NCBI GenBank assembly: GCA_973895155.1
Contig: OZ316892.1
Span: 21,515,619 to 21,579,618, forward strand
Length of the DNA: 64,000 nucleotides
Source: Marsupella aquatica
Lineage: Eukaryota > Plantae > Marchantiophyta
Reading direction: 5' to 3'
Every line of letters starts with the position of its first letter. Positions within the stretch are counted from its first letter, which is position 1. The notes under the pieces are model-generated. The model did not search any database. It had not been told where the DNA came from and saw only the letters and a program-made list of their open reading frames with translations. Below, in pieces: positions 1 to 10,780 of this stretch. A program made the position numbers and the translations under genes.

Positions 1-2179
1 CCAAATAGCATGGCACGGGACCTGTGATCCCCATCCTTTGCTTTAGTTGAGAGTATACAGCAGCAACAAACTTGAACTGGTCAGCATGCAAACCAGGCCT
101 AAATACAGCCATGGCTCTCCTGTCCCATTGAAGGGTGTTCAGACTAGGGCCTAATGCATTACTTTGCAAGCAGTCCACCACACGCCTGCCACCGTGTTGG
201 AACAATATCTGGGAAAGAAGTTTAGTGCCAGGCCGAAAGGTGTTTCCTTCTTTCTTCCTATTAAGATTTGCAGCTACATCTCGCAACAAGTCCCATAGGG
301 CCTCTCTCCCACCAAATGCACCACGCTGGTGAGCCAAGACTATGTCATTGCAAAACTTGTACATGTCTTTCCTACTTCCAGACTCTTTGCAAAGATCTCT
401 CAAAGTGGGGACTCGGGCCCCCAGCATGCATAGGCGGTGTTGCTGAGCTCTGAGACATTTTCTGAGAGACGAAATGTTTCTCTTGTAAGTTTTGGCTTGT
501 TCTTGAATCTCAGGAATTGTGAGATATGCCAACCGTCTACCCTTACCGGTTCCTCGAGTACCTCTTTTCTCTACTGCAATGTCCTCTCTAAAGGCTCTTA
601 ATCGGAAGTCACCCATCCTTGCAATACTGTAACATTCTTCACAAGTCAGATCTTGAAAACCACCAAGAAGCCGTGATGCTCTACTACAGTTCACGTGCCT
701 GAACAGTCCTTCTATCAAACAAGATTCTTGGCCTAGAAGACACCACACCTCTACCTTTACCCCTGACTCTGCGTACCATGCTCCATCAACCTTTGGCTGA
801 TCTAATAGGATATCCTTGATAGGCCTGATTACTGCACCATATTGAACTGAGTTCCGCCACAATCCCCAACACAACAATGACCAAGGGTGGGGTTTACTTG
901 GATCTCCTGTCACATCCCCTGAATGGCCTGAACCTCCACTGTAACCACTCCCTCCTGAACCACTCCCTCCAGCTGTCCCTCTTGACCGGCTGCTGGAAGC
1001 AATATCTCTGGCCTGCCGGGTTAAGAACCCATTAATGGTTCTTTGGCGAACATCCCTCTTATCATCCTTGGGAGGTCTGCCTGACCTTCCTGACAGTATT
1101 GGTGCACCAGGTGGTGGCTTCAAACTCCTAGCCACTACTGATAGATGATTTGCAGAGATGCAATGGGAATTCAGATTAACCTCCAGATTACGTTGCTTGG
1201 GTACCAAAGTGAACACGTCAGAGCAAAAATGGCACCCCACTCTGAACCGCTCTAACTTCTCCACAGGCTCCTTCTGAACATCACCTACAATGTAGAAGGT
1301 AGGTTTGGACACAGGCTCAGATTCATTGAGCCTTTCAACTATCTGAACATGCATGTCAAGAGTTGCACGATCGTTCAAGGAGGAAGCTGCAGCCCTTCGA
1401 CTGATCTCAACAGAGTCTACTCTCTGCCCCCTATTATGTGCCACATTTTTGGCATGCTTTGGGGTGATCAAATGCTTTTGTTTGAAATTTGTGAAACAAT
1501 TAGTGACAGACACCCTATCCATAACATACTTAGATGATCCAGATATATTAGTGTTGCACTCGCAACACTCTATCTTACCACATGGAACACCACCATTGTC
1601 CCAAGTTTTGACGCTCCACTTGTGGTCCTCACACTTTATGAAGACCATATGCTCCTTCAACTTGTCAACACTGGACACCCAGAGCTTGGCCAGATCATTT
1701 GACATAGTTGTTGACTGGAAACTCACATGTGGATCATCATCCACAGGTACATTAGGGAGAGGTGAAGTTGGGGGTGAAACAGGTAGAGGCAAGTCCTGTT
1801 GTCCCCACTGTATCTCAGGTTCTACCCTAACTTCAGTGTGCCACTCTCCGTCACTAACGCTCTTACTCAGAGCCTCAGCATTGGAGGCATTGCTGCTTCC
1901 AACATCTACCCCCACTTTCTGGATGGGCAGAGACTGTATTTTTGGGATGATGACAATCTTTCCATCACAATCATCAATGAGGTTGCCTTTTTCCCAAGCA
2001 GCACGCAATCTACAACCTCCCACGCTATCAATAAAATCAAAATCAAAGTCCCAAAGTTCCAAATCCACCATTTTCTGCCTAGCATCCGCCAAGGTCCATC
2101 CAGGGAGACAACTAATGGTCCCAGAGTGTTTTCTGGTCCCTGACTCATGGTCAACGAGAAATACAGGCACAGGCGGCAT
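1..2179 (-). CDS. Long ORF (>=726 aa, runs off left edge): putative DNA transposase N-terminal region with two C2H2-like zinc fingers
   Basis: Not in the ORF track because no stop falls inside the window. Manual translation from ATG 2179: MPPVPVFLVDHESGTRKHSGTISCLPGWTLADARQKM...GKIECCECN...FTNFKQKHLITPKH...VGCHFCSD...NLNSHCISANH...QHGGRRVVDCLQSNALGPSLNTL...MGITGPVPCYL. Preceded by a splice acceptor near 2200. It lies inside an element with a TIR-like end at 8249. The catalytic core would lie outside the window. Confidence 0.6.
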   Translation of the reverse strand, partial: MPPVPVFLVDHESGTRKHSGTISCLPGWTLADARQKMVDLELWDFDFDFIDSVGGCRLRAAWEKGNLIDDCDGKIVIIPKIQSLPIQKVGVDVGSSNASNAEALSKSVSDGEWHTEVRVEPEIQWGQQDLPLPVSPPTSPLPNVPVDDDPHVSFQSTTMSNDLAKLWVSSVDKLKEHMVFIKCEDHKWSVKTWDNGGVPCGKIECCECNTNISGSSKYVMDRVSVTNCFTNFKQKHLITPKHAKNVAHNRGQRVDSVEISRRAAASSLNDRATLDMHVQIVERLNESEPVSKPTFYIVGDVQKEPVEKLERFRVGCHFCSDVFTLVPKQRNLEVNLNSHCISANHLSVVARSLKPPPGAPILSGRSGRPPKDDKRDVRQRTINGFLTRQARDIASSSRSRGTAGGSGSGGSGYSGGSGHSGDVTGDPSKPHPWSLLCWGLWRNSVQYGAVIRPIKDILLDQPKVDGAWYAESGVKVEVWCLLGQESCLIEGLFRHVNCSRASRLLGGFQDLTCEECYSIARMGDFRLRAFREDIAVEKRGTRGTGKGRRLAYLTIPEIQEQAKTYKRNISSLRKCLRAQQHRLCMLGARVPTLRDLCKESGSRKDMYKFCNDIVLAHQRGAFGGREALWDLLRDVAANLNRKKEGNTFRPGTKLLSQILFQHGGRRVVDCLQSNALGPSLNTLQWDRRAMAVFRPGLHADQFKFVAAVYSQLKQRMGITGPVPCYL

Positions 2180-2444
2180 GAAAAAATCACAGATTCAGAC
2201 CTGCAAGAAATACAATGGACATGTCACATTCAAGCATTTCCCCACAATATACACATGTCAATTACACAATCAACACTACCAAAAGAACTGTCCACCATTC
2301 TTATATAGAAGTCTGTGAACATGACAAACCATTTCCTGAGAATGCAAAAACTATCTCAAAAGTTTCAGATTGATAGTATATACAATAGAACTACAAAAAA
2401 TGATCTGAGTGGTGCACTAACTCTTCAAAATTGAATACTGAGAT

Positions 2445-3830
2445 TCAAAATCGCCTACGTCTATCAGTCTCCTCATCACTATCACTACCCCAACCTCCCC
2501 AATGTGGTTGTTCTCTCCAAACATTTAATTTTGGCCAATGTGGAATAGTCTTCACGGTGTGGGGATAAGCCCACAACCAATGGAATTCCACTTGGTTCAT
2601 CTCAGGATTAACCACTGCCACTGAAACCCTGCGTGATGGAATATCACAACAGGCTAACATGCAACATTCACAGAAACTTCCATCTGCCATTTTAGCAGTC
2701 AGTAGACCACATACATTTACCGTAGGCAAATATGTACAGAGAGGTCGAGGAGGGAGTTGTCTATTTCGGTAGGGATACAGTTTCCCACCTACGTCAACCC
2801 AAAACTCTGTGGCCAGAGAATTTTCCAGACCATCAATGACGTCCTGGATTTCATCAAAACATTCCTTTCTATTTTCCTTGTAGAAGTTTACTTCATACAA
2901 TAGAAGCCCCTTCACCACATGACAACAGTGAAGAATGAAGGTCTTCACTGCACCGGATTTGATGAGGAGAAATATAACATTTCTATTGTACTTGACATAT
3001 TTGTCCCATCTGATGTAAATCATTCTATCACCTTAATCCACAAAGAAATGGTGCACGTTCAAGTAATATTCTCTGCAGAGCAACCCTACAATATGCATAA
3101 TTAATTCTGAACTATTCAACCTCTTCAACTGTAAAAGAAGATCCCCTTTGCCATAATCAGGCAAGGCTCGGGTAATATCCACTTCAGGTATGGATAAATC
3201 TCCAACATTGCCTGTTAAAACCAGGCAGAATGTAGTGAGTTATTAAATCTAAACTGTGACCTCCCCAATCAAATACCCTAGTACAAAACATCTACAGCAG
3301 CCCACTGCTTGGGAGACCACATCCATTGGACCAACCCCCAAGAGAGCCTTGCCCCATCCCGGCCATTGCTCTTGGTGATTGGCTTCTACAGATCCAAGTC
3401 AGTTTTCTCCGAGAAATCTCGGGTGGGAAGGGTGGCCCCTTTGCTGACAAGGATTCCAATGTCAATGTAAGCACTAGAGGGATTGGGATCTGTAACATGC
3501 TCATGTGTGCTTAGCATGTACAGTCGGGTTGCCCACACTCCAATTCCCTCCACTCGAACACGGTGTACTTGAACTCAGTCCCTATCGACCCTAAATGCCC
3601 CAAGAATTTGGATTCTTTGCCAATCCCGGACCAACCAAATCCTAACACTTTGGGCTCTAATCAGGAATGCCATTGGCAATCAACTCCAAGGCCCCCCCCC
3701 CCCTCCCAGGCAACCTGCTCTCTCATTCAAGGGGCGCTAGACTGCTGGGTCATCACTTCCAGCAAGTCTCCTCTGGGGGCATTAGTTCCCCAGGGTCCCA
3801 ATGAACTTGAGGAACCTGCAAACCAACACT
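2445..3830 (-). pseudogene. Multi-exon cargo gene of unknown function in element X, with premature stops
   Basis: ORF 2445-3023 extends upstream in frame through one TAA (GNVGDLSIPEVDITRALPDYGKGDLLLQLKRL...FFVD*GDRMIYIRW) to an acceptor near 3212. A further exon-like frame at 3280-3830 is broken by stops (RVRVEGIGVWATRLY...WGLVQWMWSPKQW). Confidence 0.4.
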
Positions 3831-5939
3831 TGCAATAGCAGGGAAGGAAATTGCAAACAGGACCTAGAAATGAAAAGTTGAAAACTTACCTCAGCAACAC
3901 ACAATGCCTGTCAATTAGCGTCTGTGGAAACATTATAGATACGGTAATCCAGAAGGAAATAGTACAAAATGCAAAATTGATTGGATACCTTGTGATGGTG
4001 GAACCCAACACTTGGGGGCGTCTGTCCTTCCTGACTTCAGAGGTGTATGAGTATCTGTGTAAATGACAACAAAAAATGAGTTTAAGGAATATCTTTAAAA
4101 ATAGTTTGCAGTGGGACTATTTAGAAGGGTAATGTCAGGAAAAGGAAGGCATTGCCATATACAGGAACATCAATGATCCCCCAAATCTTACCTTACAACG
4201 TACTCAGTGTGTGGGACATGTTTCCTTCTGGAGGTGGGGCATAGGGGCATAAGTAATACAGTCTCAATGATCACTCCCTCCTACAAAGAGTGAGAAGCAA
4301 AGAGAAAAGGCATTAAGTAAATAGCAATTCAATTTCGTCTCATTATAGTAATGCAACACAATTATCATGGGCAATTGAAATTGTTACCATTTCAGCCCGC
4401 ATTTCAGTAATGACCTACTAAGAGAATTGCTACATTCGGTGATAAAATAAAGTTACGCAATACTATTGCAATGAGCAAATGAAGTGGGTTTTTTAATATT
4501 GCAATCTGTATAGGATATTTCAATGGGTTATTTGAATAATGCAATCCGCTGCTTGTTCGAATTGCTCAAAATCCATCTAGTCCCTACCCCTACAAATGCT
4601 GTGAAAGGAGCAGGAACAAGGCACAGAAGTAGCAGAGGAGCATGAAATCGATGCCTCTCGCTTGGATCGATCCAGATGAGATTAAAGGAGTTGAGTGATG
4701 GAATGGCTGAGATTGAGGGGTTAAGAGAAAGGTCTTATTGGACACACAGAAAATCTCACAAGTGTATTGCAACTTGGTATCGGACAAACAAGATAAAGTA
4801 AACAAACCAGCAACACAAAATATGACACCGAAATGAGGATTAGAGCTGCGATCAATCATGAATTACTATCTTGGCTTGGGAAACAAGGGAAGGGAGAAGG
4901 GGAATGTAGGCAAAGCAGCAGAAGCTGTGTTTGAAGTCAATGCCAAAAAGGAGAACGAGATGGCAGAATTGTTACACCTTCAAACCGGACCACCAAAATC
5001 CTCATATGATTGCATAGACTGCAAGCCAAATCTCGTTCAACAAAGAAAAACCAAAACACGAAACCCCAAAACACAAGAAATCCCTCAGCTCCTCAACGCG
5101 CCGGGGCAGCCGCGCACAGCAGCTCAGCTTTGTATTCGACTCCTCATTCATGACCTCATCTAAATCTTTGAGTGGGGTTTTGGTCGATACTTCCCTTTTT
5201 ACAACTCACTGTGCAGTGCAAAGCCACTTACTACTCTGTAATACTGGTTTGCTTGTGTCATCGGATGTGAGAATTGGACAAAATCATGTCAGTTGTCTAG
5301 AGCCATGATCGGAAAAATTGGCCATGATCAATCTTCTTCATCGCTTTGCCGTGATGCAAAATTGTTCTATCTACTCTCAGCTCAGCTCAGCTTTGCTACG
5401 TCCATCGCTTCCCATCTCATATACCAAAGTTCTTAATTGTGGTTCTCGATCAAACAACGACATTTCTACCCCACAATTATTCCTGGACTAGTACAATGGA
5501 CACAAAGGAGAACTGAGAGGCAAACTACCCAAAAGCAGACACCTTCCACAGGGACTTCCGCAGCAGTAGCCGCACATTTGACAAGTAAAATGCCCGGACA
5601 GCAAGAGCAACAACTTCTGCACACATTTGAAGCACAAATTTAACCACGATGCAGGCCACGATGGAGCAACAAATAGGAGTTCACCATGCTTTGCTACTCT
5701 GATTGAACAAGAGCAAATGATATACCAATAGATTTGAAAATCACTATGATATTGTGCAAAAGAAACGATTAGATAGTTTGAAAATGACCTGATTGTTGCA
5801 ATCGCTTGTAGTCTTTTGAGGTGGACAACGCTCACCCAAACAAAAAACTCTGCAATCACAAAAAATATTAGCATTTAGAAAACCAAACACATCTACAACT
5901 GCACAGGCATTGGCACCCACATTAAACAAGAAGCCTTGT

Positions 5940-6096
5940 AATCGAGAAAGACTTGGATTCTGTGAAAGACGAAAGTTGTAATCCCCGTGAAACACAGAGC
6001 GTACCTCCGATTGGAAGACATCTACAAGTACACAGTAATGTAATCGAGAAAGACTTGGACTCTATGAAAGACGAAAGCTGCAATCCTCGTGAAACA
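5940..6096. repeat. Direct duplication of about 56 bp
   Basis: taatcgagaaagacttggaYtctRtgaaagacgaaagYtgYaatccYcgtgaaaca at about 5940 and 6041. Confidence 0.8.
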
Positions 6097-7669
6097 TATT
6101 GAGGGTCCAAGTCAAACAGAGACGTCAAGAGCAAAGAGCACGGACCTTTTCACGCAAACACTGGATTTCACCCAAGACTGACTAATCTCAACAATTCGGA
6201 GGCCACCAGCTCAAATTCAACATCCCGAACGCTCTCCGAACAGCCGATCAAATCGAAAGAACTCAACGCAGCTGGCTCATCGCTGTATTGGACAGTCAAA
6301 TGCCATCGAACAAGTCAGAAGAAAAACTGTAATGGAGAGCAAAATACCATTACAATGTAAGCAACTAGCAAAGCTTTACAGTCACTATGTAAATGAAAAT
6401 AGCTGCCCAAGATTGAGATACACGGACAAGATCAAAAGCAAAGGAATAAGTCAAGCAAAGAGGAAAGAGGAGACAACACATTTCCTGTCACACAATAGAA
6501 CATAAAATTATCTGGATTGCTTGCGAGTAGACTTACGGATCAGTAAGCCATAGCCCACATTAACAAGATGACAGCACTGAGCACGACAATGTGGGAATCA
6601 GCAGAGAGCACCATATCCAACAAATTCCAAACGGCAGCGGCAACAGATACAGTCGGGCCCAACATTCAATTAACACAGGATTGCCAAAACGCCCGGGAAA
6701 ATGCCACGACCAGACTCAACATGAAAGCTTGTAAAGCTTCAGGATACAATGAAAAACTAAATTGCATAGACAATGACAATGAGTAGAGGGTGTGCAGGGT
6801 GGTGAAAAGGCAAGACACTGATTTGGACCTTTTTGCATTGCAGCATGCTAGGATTTGTGGGCCTCCTACAGACAGCTTGAGACACCGTCTGCAGTTGCAC
6901 GCATACTCGGGGCTGCGCTCCAATAGCAATAGTAGCAAACCTTACATAGACAATGTCGCTTCCCACAACACCCAAGGCATACCACCTTTCATTTTCTGCA
7001 ACATTTCAGCCCTGCTGTGAGCCGCAATTTCAAAACAAAGAGGAGTTGACCATAGTCGAAAGTGGAGCGGGAAGTGCAGTGCATACCAAAATATTTGAAA
7101 TCACGTACTATGCGGAGTAAGGTAGTGAGCCGAGTAAGATAGTGAGCAGAGGGAGTCGGACCTCTTTCAGATGCCTGGGCTTCCCGCTGGCCGGGCTTCC
7201 AGCAGACAAACGGCACTAAGCGCAGATCAACAATAGCCACAACAACACCTCAACCCGCGCCTCACCCTTCTTACAGATCGACGGTAGCTCGGGCAATAGC
7301 TGGCAGTAGGTTACGAGCTTTCATAGTTAGTAAAGTGTATGCATGCATAAACAATGGAAAGTATGATCATTCTACGTAAACAGTGGGCAGTGTAAGGAAA
7401 GTTACCCCTAAACAAAACTCCAAAAAAGGTGTGCCTCCCACAGTCGGTCCCGCCAGTGCACGCCTCCCAGCCTTGCAACGTCCCGCTTTGCGTCAAATGC
7501 CACTTTCGCAAGCATCAAGTGTCGGCCTCCACCCGCAACATTTCATTTAGGCCCCATAGCTTCCTTCATCCAAGGTCCGTAGCCAACCTGCAAGCTCCAC
7601 TTCCCTCAGCCTAAACCAAACCTCTCGACTTGGTAGCACTATGTGAAATCCGGCGGCTTGAAGCTGAGC

Positions 7670-7870
7670 CCTAATTCCCTTCGACCCCGACTTTGACACT
7701 CCCTTGGACTCACTTTGACCCCGGGCCTTCGACTCGTTCCCTTGGGGATTGAGTATTCCCGGCCCCTGCCCCGGGCCTTCGACTCATTCCCTTGGGGATT
7801 GTTTACTCCCCCTGCCCCGGACCTTTGACTCATTCCAGGGCTCATTCCCTTGGGATTGAGTACTCCCCCT
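7670..7870. repeat. Subterminal imperfect tandem repeats of element X
   Basis: Several copies of gactcattcccttggggattgagta..ccc and ccccgggccttcgactc about 400-600 bp inside the terminus. Confidence 0.75.
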
Positions 7871-8249
7871 GAACTTTTGCCCTGCAAACACCCAAAACCC
7901 CCTAGAAATGTACCCCCAAAAACCTTTCACCCTAAACCCTCAAAACTCCAAATACTTTCATAACTCATCCTATTCACCACAAGTATTTGTTACACTAAAC
8001 TCCACTCAGGGCGTGCCACGTGGACCAATCTCATCATGATGTGTGTCATGCCATATTACTGGCCCCCTTCAAGCAAATTATTTTGGCCGGCATTTTGGAT
8101 GCCTTGGAATAGTTATAAAGAGATTGTCATATAAAATATGGTCTTGTTGGTTATAAGTCGATTATAAAAATTAATCTGGAATTGATTTAAATGTACCCTT
8201 CGGCCGTTCGCACGTCCGGTCCATTATTAATAACGTTGGGGGCCCAGGG

Positions 8250-10780
8250 TGACATCCTCATGGGTGTGACCAACCATGAGAAACGACATCTGCACTGTTT
8301 CAAAAACACCTCTACTAACAAGCTCACTGCAAAATGCCATCACGTACTGGTTTTTGTTATCTTTCCCTGAATTATCCATTTGCAAGGTCAGGTGCCTTGG
8401 CAATGGTTTGAAAGAGGTAGACGTAGCCTTGGGATCAACACCAAAGTCATCATCCACCACATTTGATAACCCAAGATCTTGGTCATCTTCAGCTCCTTGA
8501 AATCTAGCAATTGAGACTTTTTTGGGTTCTAAGTAACCTGCGAGAAATGCTTCAAAGTCCAAAAGAGATTGAAAAATTGGCCTCGTTGCAGCCCAATATA
8601 ATCCTTCAAGGAGGTCTCCAGATTTTTCCCCCTTGTAATCCTCCAGATCTCTAAGGCACTTGGCCAATGATGTCACTGTGAAGTCTGCATCTCCCGGCCA
8701 AAGTCCAGTGAAACTGAAGTGAGCATACACTCCGGGATCCCTTCCATGGGTCAACATCCCAATGAGCGCAATGGGGAGCGGTTGACCACTACCAGACAAT
8801 GATTTAGGAGTGGGGACCAACCTAGGGATCCATGTCTTGGCTTGGTCCATCTTGTCATATATAATGCAAAGATAGTTCTCAGGATCCTTCTTCGCAAGAA
8901 CCCTATGAGCATAGTAAACATATCTCCTAGACATTTGCTCACAAAGATGGAGAGCTCTTTCCTCAATCTCTAAACGCTCTTTCTTTCTCTTCTCCCGCAT
9001 CAACTGATCTTTGAACTCAGTGCAAAGTGTACACTTTGCAAATGCACTTCCCTTGTGAAAGTCAAAATTCATGAAGGACTCACTCCAGAGTTTATACATA
9101 GTGTTTTCACTCACCTTCACGTAGCCATCTAATTCCATTTGTGAGTATACCTCCTCAAAAATCTCTTTCTTCGTGAAACAAGATGGAAGTCTGTACTCAA
9201 CTGTGTCAGTACCATGAGACCCTCCATAGGGAAGATGCGGCATGGGTTCTCCGTTTTGGGTTAGAATGGACTCCAACAAAGCATGAGCAAGCAAGGTGCT
9301 TCCCCGTGTCTTGTGTGAACCCTTGTTTCCGTGGAATCCAACCGTGCAACCTGCTTCATATTGATTTTTGTAATCATAATACTTGGCAGTGCTGAATCCA
9401 TGCATTTTAATAAATGCACCCTTGCAAACAAGTCTACTTCTTACAATGAAATATCCTTTTGTCTCCACTTCCTTCTCCCTATAGCCAAAAAGAGTGAGAA
9501 TGTGACTGGTTTTGTTGTCGCTTGACATCCCATGGTATTCCCTCCTTATCGCCTGTAGGTCTTCTCTTGGCATGCTGAGGCAACACTTCAACTTACAACA
9601 ACCTTCTCTTTGGATGGAGTCAATTTCCTCCTCTATGATTTTCAGTATCGCCTGAGACTCCAAGTGCTTCTTTCTTTTTTCATCTGGGTTAACCTTTGTT
9701 CTCTTGATGAAGTTATACTGGCGCTTTGAAAACTCAGTGTCACCTTTCATATCTACCTCTAGATGATCTCGACCATCAATAATTGGTTTCGGAGAAACCT
9801 CTTCAATGAGATCCAGAAGAAAAATACCCCTTGATATCAGCAGAAGTGAACGGACGGCCCACCTAACAAGACCAGGCACTCCTGGGGAGATATTTGGGAA
9901 AAATAGAGGGTCAATCACGCGTGTGACCACAACGTACCCCAACGTGATCTGGCCCAAGGACATCATCATCAATTGCACCTGACTCGAAAGGAACTGTGAT
10001 GATGCCAACCCCCACTTTGGTCCGATTATCCTCAGCATACAATTCCACCTCCTCGGTCATCCAATTAGAACGCAAACTATAATCCTTGAAATTATAATTT
10101 GAAAAAACATCCCGTGTGGACAGGTCGTTTAGTATATCCTGGGAAGAACTCCTCCGAGTAACATCCTTTAAATTCCAGAATACAAAAGTGTCCAATGCTT
10201 CCTGAACGGTATCGGCTCCATTGTGAGGAAAGGGTAACCTCTCCCTTCCTTGAAAAACTTCACATATTTTCACACTAATCCTAGAAGTGCCAAGTCTTTC
10301 ATTGTGACAGGTCTCATCGGGATTCATCTTGAACACAAGATTTCCACGAGCCACAATCTGATTGCCGATCTAGAGCTCAACTTCATTGCCAGATACAATC
10401 GAGTCTCCAAAACTTCCCACCAAAGATTTGTCTGGTACAAAACCGGGAACTGTATCCTTTGTAGAACAAGAGGCATCCATTTCTGTTGTCGTTGGAGTTG
10501 ACTATGACTTCAAATATGCAAAAGAGGCATCCCAAATAATGCAGGAGTCGACAACATCAAACAGGGTCCTGATCGGCGGCAAAGGGTAAGGAATTTCCCG
10601 TGATCCCTCATAGCACTTCTCAATGAGAACTCCAATACGATTACCTCCCAAATCAACATTACGCACTGAGTCACCCGGGTCAACCTTGAGGACGGTCCCG
10701 CAAGCAACTTCCACTCCATCGATTACGAGGCAAACCTTGTCCCCTCGAAAGAAAATCCCCATTTTGAAAATGTGGTCCAA
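8250..10780 (-). pseudogene. Transposase B: three tandem beta-barrel-like repeats (Tnp1/DUF8039-like) plus GHTH-type catalytic domain (DUF7869-like); truncated
   Basis: ORFs 10502-10780 and 9911-10354 are one frame broken by two TAGs, then a 1-nt frameshift near 9935 leads into ORF 8227-10038. Motifs: CCKLKC, FAKCTLCTEF, IIYDKMDQAKT, LQMDNSGKDNKNQY, FLMVGHTHEDV. Repeat unit of the type xVxLxxxxxxVAxGxV...xGV...W. Confidence 0.75.

Larger units (their letters stand above)
1..8249. mobile_element. Right part of a large DNA transposon (element X) inserted into the transposase gene of element B
   Basis: Ends GGGGGCCCAGGG at 8249, matching the GGGCCCAGGG right terminus of the MITE ending at 39586 (GGGCCTAGGG at 36758). 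The B transposase breaks off at this point just after GHTHEDV. Subterminal tandem repeats at 7670-7870. Predicted TSD TGACATCC (8250-8257); left end not in window. Confidence 0.65.

Noticed and set aside
1353-2318. 321-aa plus-strand ORF
   Set aside because: Antisense shadow of the longer minus-strand frame, which has zinc-finger motifs; this one has none.
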